From Cupriavidus necator (lineage in GTDB: Bacteria > Pseudomonadota > Gammaproteobacteria > Burkholderiales > Burkholderiaceae), in NCBI RefSeq assembly GCF_016127575.1, contig NZ_CP066019.1:2610001-2642000 (forward strand): a stretch of DNA of 32,000 nucleotides. The letters are read 5' to 3'. Below are positions 23,080 to 32,000 of the stretch, one piece after another. Position 1 is the stretch's first letter. Every line of letters starts with the position of its first letter. The notes under the pieces are model-generated. The model saw nothing but the letters and a program-made list of their open reading frames with translations, was not told where the DNA came from and did not search any database. Position numbers and translations under genes: made by a program.

Positions 23080-25065
23080 TCAGGCCTTGGCCAGCCTGAC
23101 GCCAGTCGGATCGCCCGTCAGGTAACCCACGGCGGCACCGAAGCGGTCCTTGTAGTTGGCCATCACCTTCGCTTCAAGCGTCGGCCGCACCTTGTCGTGC
23201 AGCGGCGATTCCCAGTCGCCAACGTGCTGGAAGTTGCTCATCACATAAGTCCAGCCGTTGATCTCGTCCACCGCGTGCAGGCCGGTGGATTCGGCGCCGA
23301 CCGGGCACGACAGCACGCGGCTGAGCACCTTGGTATCGACGTTGTACGCCCACAGGAAGTTGTTGACGTGGGTGTTGCTGTCCTCGCCGACAAACAGCGT
23401 GCGCAGCTTTTCCGAGAACTTCAGGTTGTCGGGCGTGGCCACCTTGTCCGGGTTGGCAAAGTTGCCCAGCGCATCCTGCTGCTTCATCTTGCCGCCCCCC
23501 AGGTCTTCGCTGACCAGCGCGGGCACCGCCGCCATGTCGACCGGCACCCATTCGCTGTTGATGGCCGTGCCGGTCTTGTCGGCCTGGCCGCCCTTCAGGT
23601 TCAGCTCATAGACCGCGCCGGAGTACGGGCCTTCCACCTGGATATCACCGGCGTTGGCGGCATTGCCCGTGAGCATGCTCGACTCGATGCGGGACATGGC
23701 CGAGTAGGCCTTCTTGTCCTTGATGTTGACCGTGGTGCCTTCCATCTTGGTGAAGCCCAGGCTGCCGCCGACCAGGGCGGCGTAGCGGTGCGTTTCCAGG
23801 AACGCCGCGGCCTTTTCCATGCCCGGCATCAGCTTCACCCAGTTCGGCTTGCCGTTGTAGATGATGCGGGTGTAGCTGACGTCAGCGGGATCGGTGGTCT
23901 TGACATCCATGATGTCGGCCAGCCTGATGCCGCCGTCGACCAGCGCGCGGATTTCGGCACTGGTGGCGCTGCCCAGCCTGATCCACGACAGCGTGGCGCT
24001 GCCCGGGCCCACGCCCGAGGTCTGGTGCCACTTGGCCACGTACAGCGTGCCGGACGACAGGTCGCGGGCGCGGTCGGCGATAAACAGGAACAGGCCGCCG
24101 TTGGTGGCATCGTCGCCCATCAGCACGGTGCGTTCGTCGGGCATGACCTGTACCAGCTCATGCGAGATGCGGCCCAGGCAGTAGTGCTTCTTGATGGTGC
24201 CGGTGCCGTCCGGGTTGACCGTGACTTCCGGCAGGTGGCCGTAGTTGTAGGCGTTGGCGCGGGCCGGGTCGCCGTACAGGTTCTGGCTGTAGCCCTGCAA
24301 CTGCGTGACCGCGCTGGCGTTCAGCAGGTCGGTCTCGTACTCCTCGCTCGACAGGTGGGTGTTCCACGGCGACAGGCTGGCGCCGCAGGTGATCCACAGG
24401 CCGTTGACGCCCGAGGTATCGACATTGTGGTACTTGACCGGGGTCAGCTTGCCGGTGGCCGGGTCCTGGTCCAGCGTCACCACGGCGATCGGCGACGGCA
24501 GCAGGCCGTACATGCTGACATTGCCCTGGTTGCGCGTGGTGTACTCGAACTGCACCACCGCAAACACCGTCTTGCCCTTGACACCGGGCACGGTCGGGTT
24601 GGCCAGGGTCAGCAGCGAGCTGCCGTCCGGCGCGTCGGAGAAAAACTGGCGCTCCTTGCCGGCCACTGAGGTGTCCATGATCGGCTTGTTGTTGATGTCG
24701 TAGTAGCCGCCGGCCAGGATGGTGCCGCCCTTGCCGTCGGGCAGGGTGTCGCCGGTGATGAAGAACGGCTGGTAGGCCAGCTTGTAGGTCTGGCTGCTGC
24801 CGTCGCTGAACGACACCTTGAGGCTGGAGCCCACCGTGGTGGTCGCCATGGCGTCGGGCGTTGCCAGCGTCGGCGCGCTCATGCCAACGAATTCGGCCGT
24901 GGTGAACGTGGCCGCCTGGGCCGGCGGAAGCGGCGCGGCGACAGCGTCGTCGCCACCGCCGCAACCTGCCAGCAGGCTGGTGGAGGCAAGGCCAAGCGGC
25001 AGCATCGGCGCGCCGGCCAGGAGCTTCAGGGCCTTGCGGCGGCCTGCATTGGGTTGTTCAAGCAT
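23080..25065 (-). CDS. phoX: PhoX-like (DUF839) secreted phosphatase with Tat/lipoprotein-type signal
   Basis: The probable start is ATG 25065 (MLEQPNAGRRKALKLLAG...LLAGCGGG). Beta-propeller-type blocks are GDDATNGGLFLFIADR and TLFVGEDSNTHVNNFLWAY. Confidence 0.75.
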   Translation of the reverse strand: MLEQPNAGRRKALKLLAGAPMLPLGLASTSLLAGCGGGDDAVAAPLPPAQAATFTTAEFVGMSAPTLATPDAMATTTVGSSLKVSFSDGSSQTYKLAYQPFFITGDTLPDGKGGTILAGGYYDINNKPIMDTSVAGKERQFFSDAPDGSSLLTLANPTVPGVKGKTVFAVVQFEYTTRNQGNVSMYGLLPSPIAVVTLDQDPATGKLTPVKYHNVDTSGVNGLWITCGASLSPWNTHLSSEEYETDLLNASAVTQLQGYSQNLYGDPARANAYNYGHLPEVTVNPDGTGTIKKHYCLGRISHELVQVMPDERTVLMGDDATNGGLFLFIADRARDLSSGTLYVAKWHQTSGVGPGSATLSWIRLGSATSAEIRALVDGGIRLADIMDVKTTDPADVSYTRIIYNGKPNWVKLMPGMEKAAAFLETHRYAALVGGSLGFTKMEGTTVNIKDKKAYSAMSRIESSMLTGNAANAGDIQVEGPYSGAVYELNLKGGQADKTGTAINSEWVPVDMAAVPALVSEDLGGGKMKQQDALGNFANPDKVATPDNLKFSEKLRTLFVGEDSNTHVNNFLWAYNVDTKVLSRVLSCPVGAESTGLHAVDEINGWTYVMSNFQHVGDWESPLHDKVRPTLEAKVMANYKDRFGAAVGYLTGDPTGVRLAKA

Positions 25066-25314
25066 GTTCTCGATCCGGGGAAGAGGAAGGGATATGTTGT
25101 TCACTGCGTATTTGCGCCGGTCCCGCGGGCGGGGCCGGGCACCTGTTGGCACAGGCGGGCGGCGGGCGGCATTGCGCATGGCCGGAGCGGATCGTAGGCG
25201 CTGTTTGTGACACCAAGTTGACGATACAACACAAAAGCGGCGCTTTCGGCTGAGCCAGGATGCCGCTGCGGTACACTCGCCCTTTGCATCCGCGGCTCCA
25301 CAGGCGCGGATCCG

Positions 25315-25977
25315 TTGAATGCCGGCAGCCGCCGTTTCTGCCTACTTCCGCCCTTCCGCTTGCCCACTTACACGCTAGCCAACCCCGTCCGGGCCGAGAT
25401 CGAAATCCGCAAGAGCCGCTTCCTGGCGCTGGCGCTGCCCGTTGCCGACCGTGACGCCGCCATGGCGGCGCTGCAGGCGCTGCGCGCCGAGCACCCCACC
25501 GCCACCCACGTGTGCTGGGCCTTGCTGGCTGGCGGCGCCTCGGGCATGTCCGACGATGGCGAGCCCTCCGGCACTGCCGGCCGGCCCATCCTTGAAGTGC
25601 TGCGCCACCATGACCTGGACGGCGTGCTGGCGGCGGTGGTGCGCTATTACGGTGGCGTCAAACTGGGGGCGGGCGGGTTGGTGCGCGCTTACACCGATGC
25701 CATCGCGGCCGCGCTGAAAACGGCCGAGCGCGTGGAACGCATCGCCTACGGCACCCTGACGGTGTCCGTCGACTATGCCGACGAGCCGCGCGTGCGCCGC
25801 TGGCTCGACTACGACGCGCAGCCGGGCTGCACGCTGGCCGACACCGCCTATGGCGCGCTGGCCACGCTGGTCCTGCGCATGCCCGCAACCCAGCTCGACG
25901 CCGCGCGCGACGCCCTGCGCGACGCGACCCACGGACGCGCCCAATTCCCGGAAGCGGAGGGTGAGGACCATGGCTGA
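25315..25977 (+). CDS. yigZ: YigZ / IMPACT-family (UPF0029) protein
   Basis: IRKSRFLA, HVCWA, DDGEPSGTAGRPIL and VVRYYGGVKLGAGGLVRAY. The start is uncertain: TTG at 25315 or 25360. Confidence 0.85.
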   Translation: MNAGSRRFCLLPPFRLPTYTLANPVRAEIEIRKSRFLALALPVADRDAAMAALQALRAEHPTATHVCWALLAGGASGMSDDGEPSGTAGRPILEVLRHHDLDGVLAAVVRYYGGVKLGAGGLVRAYTDAIAAALKTAERVERIAYGTLTVSVDYADEPRVRRWLDYDAQPGCTLADTAYGALATLVLRMPATQLDAARDALRDATHGRAQFPEAEGEDHG

Positions 25978-26284
25978 ACGCGAGCCGGTGGCGCCCGACG
26001 ACCGCGCCGAATTCACCACAAGCGTGCTGCCAGGCAATACCCGCTTCGCCGCGCCGGCGGAGCTGAGCCTGCTGGAAGCTGCCTTGCTCGAAGGCGTGTC
26101 GCTGCCCAACTCCTGTCGCAACGGCACCTGCCGCGCCTGCGCCAGCCGGCTGCATGCAGGGACGATCCGCTATCGGATCGAATGGCCGGGGTTGAGTCTG
26201 GATGAGAGGGAAGAGGGGCTGATCTTGCCGTGTGTGGCTTGTCCGGCCAGTGATGTGGTGATTGAGCCGGTAAGTTTGGGGTAG
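25970..26284 (+). CDS. 2Fe-2S ferredoxin-type iron-sulfur protein
   Basis: ATG at 25970 overlaps the yigZ stop. Cluster ligands are CRNGTCRAC...C (LPCVAC). Confidence 0.8.
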   Translation: MAEREPVAPDDRAEFTTSVLPGNTRFAAPAELSLLEAALLEGVSLPNSCRNGTCRACASRLHAGTIRYRIEWPGLSLDEREEGLILPCVACPASDVVIEPVSLG

Positions 26285-26447
26285 GGGTCAGTCGAAGGTA
26301 CTATTCGACACTTTTGTCGAGGTCGGGCAGCCGTGTCAGGTCTTGCAGGAAGCCGAGACGAGACTTCGCCGTTCGCTCGCTCGGAGAAAACGCGATCACC
26401 TTCGTAACCGGATGACAGCGCGATATCCATGAGGCGTCAAGCCTGCC

Positions 26448-27545
26448 TCACCCCCCAACCTCCAGAAAAAATCGCAACGCCAGCTTCAACCCATCCGGCC
26501 CCGCCGGATCGGAGAACGCCTGCCCGCCTGCCCCGCCGCTCCAGGCGTGACCCAGGCCCTCGATCCGCACCAGGCGCACGTAAGGCGACTTTCCCTCCGC
26601 CCAGTCGAACACATCCATGGCACGGCGCATGCCGCGCTGGATGCGCCGTGCCGGCGCCGCGGACAACGCGTGCGCATCCTCCGGCTGCAGGTGCATCCAC
26701 ATGCCCGCCGCGGCGGTGGCGTTGCTGAAGTCGACCACGTGGTCGGCATCGCCATGCAGCAATAGCAACGGCGGCGGGCGGCGCCCTGCCAGTCCGAACC
26801 GCAGCGCCTGCATGGCCTTGGCATCGGGCCCGTGCCCCCCGCGCATGGCGCGCGCTGCCTGGGCGGCATTGCTGGCGCTCCATGGCACCGCGCCGGAGTG
26901 CGACCCCACTGCGGCAAAGCGTCCCGGATAGCGCAGCCCCAGCATCAGCGCCATCGCGCCGCCCGCGGACAGCCCCAGCACGCTGATGCGGTCCGCGGCA
27001 ACCGGATGGCCGCGGCAAGCCTGGTCGATCAGCGCCATCAGCAGACCGGCCTCGACACCACCCTGCGCGCCGGGCCGGAACCAGTTCCAGCAGCGCTGTG
27101 CGTTGGCCTGCGAGGTCTGTTCAGGCAGCAACACCACCCAGCCGGCTTCGCGCGCCACGGCGGCGGCGCGCGTGACCGCGGCAAAGCTGGCGGCATCCTG
27201 GCCGCAGCCATGCAGCAGCACCAGCATCGGGGCGCGCCGCGACGCCGTGACGCCGGCCGGCACAAAGATGCGGTAGCGGCGCGGCGCCACTGGTGCGCCC
27301 CATGCGCCTTCTTCCCAGCGCCCGCTGCCGCGGTTCTGCGGCGCCTGCACCGGCGATACCACGCCCGACAGTGCGCGCTGCGTGGCGGCCGTGACTGCAG
27401 CCGATTGCTTCACCGCGTTGCGCACGATGGCCTCGGTCATCGGCCTGGTCAGGTTCTGGTTGACGGCGCGCTGCAGGCGGCGCGCATTGCGGGCCGCGGC
27501 CTTGTTCAGCGTGGACCAGAGTTTTGCACCGGATGAGCGGGGCAT
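26448..27545 (-). CDS. PHB-depolymerase-family esterase (alpha/beta hydrolase, LpqC-like)
   Basis: LLHGCGQDAASFA, the nucleophile elbow GLSAGGAM, LLLLHGDADHVV and GLGHAWSGG. The likely start is ATG 27545 after AGGA; the track ORF extends to 27626. Confidence 0.8.
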   Translation of the reverse strand: MPRSSGAKLWSTLNKAAARNARRLQRAVNQNLTRPMTEAIVRNAVKQSAAVTAATQRALSGVVSPVQAPQNRGSGRWEEGAWGAPVAPRRYRIFVPAGVTASRRAPMLVLLHGCGQDAASFAAVTRAAAVAREAGWVVLLPEQTSQANAQRCWNWFRPGAQGGVEAGLLMALIDQACRGHPVAADRISVLGLSAGGAMALMLGLRYPGRFAAVGSHSGAVPWSASNAAQAARAMRGGHGPDAKAMQALRFGLAGRRPPPLLLLHGDADHVVDFSNATAAAGMWMHLQPEDAHALSAAPARRIQRGMRRAMDVFDWAEGKSPYVRLVRIEGLGHAWSGGAGGQAFSDPAGPDGLKLALRFFLEVGG

Positions 27546-27677
27546 GCGGCGTCCTGTCGGCTGGGGTAACCCGTACATCATATGCGCAAGCTCAGGCCGC
27601 CTTGCATGCAACGCGTGCCGGATCACTGCCTACAATGCAAGGGCCGTGTCGCCCCGAGACATGGACAGGAGGCAAGC

Positions 27678-27878
27678 ATGAGCGATGTGACAAACGAGTT
27701 CAGGCCTTTGGATCCTGGCCGCATCAACCTGATGGATCCGCTTGAAGTGCAGTACTGGTGCCGGGAGCTGGGCTGCAGCACCAGCGACCTGGAGAACGCC
27801 GTCGATGCCGCGGGCGACCATATCTCCGCGGTACGCGCGCAACTGGAGTCGAACCAGGCCGGCGCGCGGCCTGGCTGA
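27678..27878 (+). CDS. DUF3606-domain protein
   Basis: ATG follows GGACAGGAGG. INLMDPLEVQYWCRELGCSTSDLENAVDAAG is the DUF3606 pattern. Confidence 0.7.
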   Translation: MSDVTNEFRPLDPGRINLMDPLEVQYWCRELGCSTSDLENAVDAAGDHISAVRAQLESNQAGARPG

Positions 27879-28191
27879 AATCCCGAGACAAACGGTGGCA
27901 GGCAGGCATCCCCGGCTGAGCGGGGATGCCTGTGGAGCGTGCCACGTGAGATGTCGGCGCCGTGTCCGTTCCATGCCGGCATGCGCGGCACGCACCAATC
28001 GCATGCGTGCATGCAGTCCGTACCCTTGTTAAACGCTGTGCAGACCGGAATTCAGCAATGCCTTATTCGCTGGACGGTAGTTTTGCTGCATGATTTCCGG
28101 CCCGGGCAAAAGACCCGGCACTCAAGACGGGGACAGCTTGACAACACCACGTCGGAAACCAAGGGGTTACCAACACTAGGACGCATCGACA

Positions 28192-28941
28192 ATGAACACC
28201 AGGCTGCCGATTATCACGGTTTGCACCGCCTTGCTTGCACCTGCCGCGTGGGCCGGCAATGACCCGCACTGGAGCTACACCGGACCGACCGGTACCAGCC
28301 ACTGGGCCGAGCTCGACCAGGACTACAAGACCTGTGCGCTGGGCAAGCACCAGTCGCCCATCGATATCCGCACCAGCAAGGCCCGGCCTGCGGACCTGAA
28401 GCCGATCGGCTTTGGCTACGCCGCGGCGCCCGCCACCGTGGTCAACAACGGCCACACCGTACAGGTCAACCTGCCCGCAGCGGGGCAGATCGAACTCGAC
28501 GGCGTGCCCTACAAGCTGCTGCAGTTCCACTTCCATACGCCCAGCGAAGAGAAGATCAACGGCAAGGCCTATCCGCTGGTCGCGCACCTGGTGCACCAGA
28601 ATGCAGAAGGCAAGCTGGCGGTGGTGGCGGTGCTGTTCAAGTCCGGGCGGGAGAATGCGGCGCTGAAACCGGTCTTCGCGAGCCTGCCGGCCAAGGCCGG
28701 AGAGTCGCGCGAACTGACGGCGCCGCTGGATGTGGCGGCGTTGCTGCCGGCCCGGCAGTCGTACTGGGCCTTCACCGGCTCGCTGACCACGCCGCCGTGC
28801 AGCGAGGACGTGCGCTGGCAGGTGCTGAAGACCCCGGTGGAAGTGTCGCCGGCGCAGTTGGCCGCATTCCGTCAGCTTTATCCGATGAACGCCCGCCCGG
28901 TGCAGCCGCTCAACGGCCGCACGGTGCAGGTCAGCCACTAG
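28192..28941 (+). CDS. Periplasmic alpha-class carbonic anhydrase
   Basis: The signal peptide ends in AAWA. HWSYTGPTGTSHW, QSPIDI, QFHFHTPSEE (Zn-binding His), AHLVH and SLTTPPCSE are present. Confidence 0.92.
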   Translation: MNTRLPIITVCTALLAPAAWAGNDPHWSYTGPTGTSHWAELDQDYKTCALGKHQSPIDIRTSKARPADLKPIGFGYAAAPATVVNNGHTVQVNLPAAGQIELDGVPYKLLQFHFHTPSEEKINGKAYPLVAHLVHQNAEGKLAVVAVLFKSGRENAALKPVFASLPAKAGESRELTAPLDVAALLPARQSYWAFTGSLTTPPCSEDVRWQVLKTPVEVSPAQLAAFRQLYPMNARPVQPLNGRTVQVSH

Positions 28942-28992
28942 AGGACGGCGCCCGATAGAAGTACCAATCGGGCGGCAATGACCGACTGTGCG

Positions 28993-29021
28993 CTCCCTCT
29001 CCCGCTTGCGGGAGAGGGGAG
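28993..29021. repeat. GC-rich palindromic (REP-like) hairpin / bidirectional terminator
   Basis: CTCCCTCTCCCGC-tt-GCGGGAGAGGGGAG lies between convergent genes. Confidence 0.6.
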
Positions 29022-29037
29022 CAAGCCAGCGGCAGGG

Positions 29038-29793
29038 TCAGGACAGCCCGCGCAGCGCCAGCTCGCCGCCCAACACCAGCAGCCCGCAGAAGAACAGCTT
29101 GCGGAAGCGCTCGGCGCTGATCCGGTGGCGCAGCCACTGGCCCAGGAACATGCCGCCGAGCGCCGGCACCAGCGCCAGCGCCGAGGCGCCCAGCACCGGC
29201 ATATGCAGCAGCGACCCGCCCATGGCCAGGCTCACCGCCAGCGCAATGGTCGATACCGTGAACGACAGCCCGAGCGCCTGCACCAGGCTTTCCTTGTCCA
29301 GCCCGAGTCCCTGCAGGTAAGGCACGGCGGGAATCACGAACACACCGGTCACCGCCGTAATGCCACCCGTGACCAGCCCGATCAACGGCCCGAGCCACCG
29401 CTCCGCCCCTGCCGGCACCACCAGCTTCACCGCTGCCAGCCCGACCACCGCGTACAGCACCAGCGCCACACCCAAGGCCGAGGTCGCGTGCGTCGTCATG
29501 CCGGCCGGCACCCATGCCGCGCACAGCCAGGTGCCGGCGCAGATCGCCACCAGCATCGGCCACAGCCGTAGCATCAGCTGCCCGAAGCGCGGCCCGCCGA
29601 ACAGCTGCACCACGTTGGTCACCATCGACGGCGCCACCAGCAGCGCCGCGGCCTGCGCGGGCGGCATCACCAGCCCCAGCATGCCCACCGCAACCGTGGG
29701 CAAGCCCAGGCCCACCACCCCCTTGACAAAGCCTGCCAGCAAGAACGTCAGGCCGATAAAGGCGGCTTGGGTGGCGATTGCTTCCATCGTCAT
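29038..29793 (-). CDS. TauE/SafE-family sulfite/anion exporter membrane protein
   Basis: About eight hydrophobic helices in an internally duplicated 4-TM architecture, with Gly-rich motifs GVVGLGLPT and GGITAVTGV. Confidence 0.8.
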   Translation of the reverse strand: MTMEAIATQAAFIGLTFLLAGFVKGVVGLGLPTVAVGMLGLVMPPAQAAALLVAPSMVTNVVQLFGGPRFGQLMLRLWPMLVAICAGTWLCAAWVPAGMTTHATSALGVALVLYAVVGLAAVKLVVPAGAERWLGPLIGLVTGGITAVTGVFVIPAVPYLQGLGLDKESLVQALGLSFTVSTIALAVSLAMGGSLLHMPVLGASALALVPALGGMFLGQWLRHRISAERFRKLFFCGLLVLGGELALRGLS

Positions 29794-29805
29794 CGCTGCT
29801 CCCCC

Positions 29806-30162
29806 TCAGCCCGCCTTGTGGTCATGCACCGCGCGGCTGTCCGCCGGCGCCTGGTCGCGCTCGTTCAGCCCGTAGTCGCGCAGCACCTGCGCCACGCGCA
29901 GCCGGTAGCCGGCAAACACGCCGCCGCGACCGGCCGCCTGCGCCTGGCGATGAGCCAGCGTATTGCGCCAGGCGATCACCGCGGCCTCGTCGCGGAAGAA
30001 CGACAGCGACAGCAGCTTGTTGGGGTTGGTCAGGCTCTGGAAGCGCTCCACCGAGATAAAGCCGTCGATGGCCTCCAGCTGCGGGCGCAGGTGCGCGGCG
30101 ATATCGAGGTAGTTGTCCTGCCGGCCCGGCGCGGGCTCGACTTCGAAGATGACTGCGATCAT
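29806..30162 (-). CDS. Antibiotic-biosynthesis-monooxygenase (ABM) domain protein
   Basis: The start is ATG 30162 (MIAVIFEV...). FISVERFQSL...LLSLSFFRDEAAVIAWRN is the typical ABM ferredoxin-like fold pattern. Confidence 0.75.
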   Translation of the reverse strand: MIAVIFEVEPAPGRQDNYLDIAAHLRPQLEAIDGFISVERFQSLTNPNKLLSLSFFRDEAAVIAWRNTLAHRQAQAAGRGGVFAGYRLRVAQVLRDYGLNERDQAPADSRAVHDHKAG

Positions 30163-30189
30163 GTTGTCTCCTGGGGGCAATGGCGGGAA

Positions 30190-31314
30190 TCAAAGGAAAT
30201 GCGGAATGCGTGCGTTCAGCGACGGACGATAGCGGAATGCCTGCGCCAGCGCGGCCGGGTCGGCCCCACGCGCACGCAGCGCCGCCACCGTGGCGGCAGC
30301 CAGCGCCTGCGCCAGGCGGTCGCCGGGACAGGCATGGCGGCCGTGGCCGAAGGTCCATGGCCGTTCGCTGGCCGCGGCACCACTGCACGACGCCGCGGCC
30401 AGCAGCACCAGCACCGCGTCGCCGGCCTTGACGGCGTGGCCGCACAGTTGCGCATCGGCGGCCAGGAAGCGCCGCGTATTCTGCACCGGCGGATCCTCCC
30501 GGGCGACCCGCGCCACCACGGCATCGAGCGGCAGCCCTGACTGCGTCGTGTCGCGACCCAGCCGCAGCAGCGTATTCCCGGCCAGCGCCGCGGTGGCTTC
30601 GCAGGCTTGCACCAGCAGGCCGATGATGTTGGCGGCGACCGCCTGCGCGTCGATGCCGGCGGCACGGGCTGCCTGCCGCAGCGCCGGCAGCGGCCCTGCG
30701 CCGTCCGCCGCATCGGCAAGCCAGTGCCCCAGCCATTGAGCGGCCTCGGCGCCTGCGCGCACGGCCGGTGCATCGGCCAATGGCGACTGCGCGCCGGCGA
30801 AGGCCGCAACCCGTTGTGCGGCTTCGGCCGCGCTGCTGCCTTCGTTGGCAACCGGCAGGCCAAGCAGGTCGGCGACCGTGACGACCGGCAGCGTGAACAG
30901 CCAGCGATTGATGCACTCGCCGGACATGGCGGCCCAGGACGCTTCGCCGGCATCGAGCACCGCCGCCAGCACCGTTGCGCGCTGCGCCGCGGCGGCCGGG
31001 TCGATACCCGCCAGCATCGGCATCAGCAGGGCCTTGAGCGGCGCGTGCGCGGCGCCGTCGTTCATCCGGACCAACCGGCCGAACAGCTCGCCGGCGGCGG
31101 TGCCGGCCAGCGCGGGCGGCACCGGCTGTGCGGGCGGCCGCACGCGGCAGTCGGAGTGGGCAAGCACGTCGGCCACTTCCTGCGGGCCGGCGGCAACCCA
31201 CAGGCCAAGGCGGTCATCGCGGAAGAATGGCTGGCTGGCGGCCAGCTCCCGGTAGTACGGGTACGGGTCGGGATGGGTGACGGCGCTGAGCGGATCGATA
31301 TCGGTATCGGGCAT
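30190..31314 (-). CDS. Cytochrome P450
   Basis: The heme-binding loop is FGHGRHACPG. An I-helix-like ACEAT is also present. At 374 aa it is on the short side for a P450. Confidence 0.88.
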   Translation of the reverse strand: MPDTDIDPLSAVTHPDPYPYYRELAASQPFFRDDRLGLWVAAGPQEVADVLAHSDCRVRPPAQPVPPALAGTAAGELFGRLVRMNDGAAHAPLKALLMPMLAGIDPAAAAQRATVLAAVLDAGEASWAAMSGECINRWLFTLPVVTVADLLGLPVANEGSSAAEAAQRVAAFAGAQSPLADAPAVRAGAEAAQWLGHWLADAADGAGPLPALRQAARAAGIDAQAVAANIIGLLVQACEATAALAGNTLLRLGRDTTQSGLPLDAVVARVAREDPPVQNTRRFLAADAQLCGHAVKAGDAVLVLLAAASCSGAAASERPWTFGHGRHACPGDRLAQALAAATVAALRARGADPAALAQAFRYRPSLNARIPHFL

Positions 31315-31469
31315 GGCGGCACAGTGGATGGAAGTGCTGAGTCCTTGCAGCGAACCCAGCGCCCGGGGGCGGGCGGACAGTCACATCATGCCGCCGCGGC
31401 GCAGGCCGAAGGTTCATGGTGACATGAACTATCGAATGAAGTGACGCAACGCCGCCACACCCTGGGACT

Positions 31470-32000
<531 letters not shown>

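Noticed and set aside
23197-24669. 490-aa + strand ORF and other alternative-frame ORFs inside the PhoX-like gene
   Set aside because: They are antisense or off-frame to a 660-aa protein with a Tat signal and conserved blocks. The repetitive Val/Gly/Arg/Asp composition is a GC artefact.
26170-26430. 86-aa minus-strand ORF and GTCGAA-ggtacta-TTCGAC hairpin between the ferredoxin and esterase genes
   Set aside because: The ORF overlaps the ferredoxin 3' end and lacks an RBS and any motif. The hairpin is short, so this is most simply intergenic or terminator sequence.
26437-27536. Several 100-234-aa ORFs on both strands within the esterase gene
   Set aside because: They are off-frame or antisense to the alpha/beta-hydrolase frame carrying GLSAGG and HGDAD motifs.
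29822-31201. 459-aa minus-strand ORF and 245-271-aa ORFs overlapping the P450/ABM genes
   Set aside because: These are alternative frames of genes with diagnostic motifs (FGHGRHACPG). The translations are Arg/Ala/Gly/Pro low complexity.

Overview
High-GC betaproteobacterial chromosome segment; gene content and GC look Cupriavidus/Ralstonia-like, which is inference only. Core genes on the left are fliI'(3' end)-fliJ-fliK, a hicAB toxin-antitoxin pair, alkB, a GFA-family gene and cysK. From about 5.33 to 21.78 kb lies a visibly more AT-rich integrative island of about 16.4 kb. Its backbone is a tyrosine integrase, an AlpA-like HTH/excisionase and a PriCT-2/Toprim/AAA primase-helicase, which resembles P4-satellite or Gram-negative PICI-type elements. 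The island appears to be inserted into the 3' end of a DUF938 methyltransferase gene. A fragment that would encode the native tail (LCLVFRK*) sits at the left junction, and the island supplies a substitute tail at the right junction. The cargo half (11.7-21.6 kb) holds several candidate immunity or abortive-infection genes. These are an orphan 420-aa RES-domain protein, a small PD-(D/E)xK-like protein, a membrane-anchored DEDDh exonuclease, and an OLD/PARIS-like ABC-ATPase+Toprim fusion. The fusion is followed by an uncharacterised 257-aa protein carrying an Rx5H (HEPN-like) motif; I rank this pair as the best candidate for an undescribed defence system. The cargo also contains a decayed ATP-dependent DNA ligase and several small secreted proteins. 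Right of the island the core genome resumes with the DUF938 methyltransferase, a GNAT, a PhoX-like phosphatase, yigZ, a 2Fe-2S ferredoxin, a PHB-depolymerase-family esterase, DUF3606, an alpha-carbonic anhydrase, a TauE/ABM/P450 operon and the 3' end of a CzcA-type RND pump. I found no tRNA, rRNA or CRISPR array. Many long ORFs in the track are antisense or off-frame artefacts of high GC. All functional calls rest on motif recognition by eye, with no database search.
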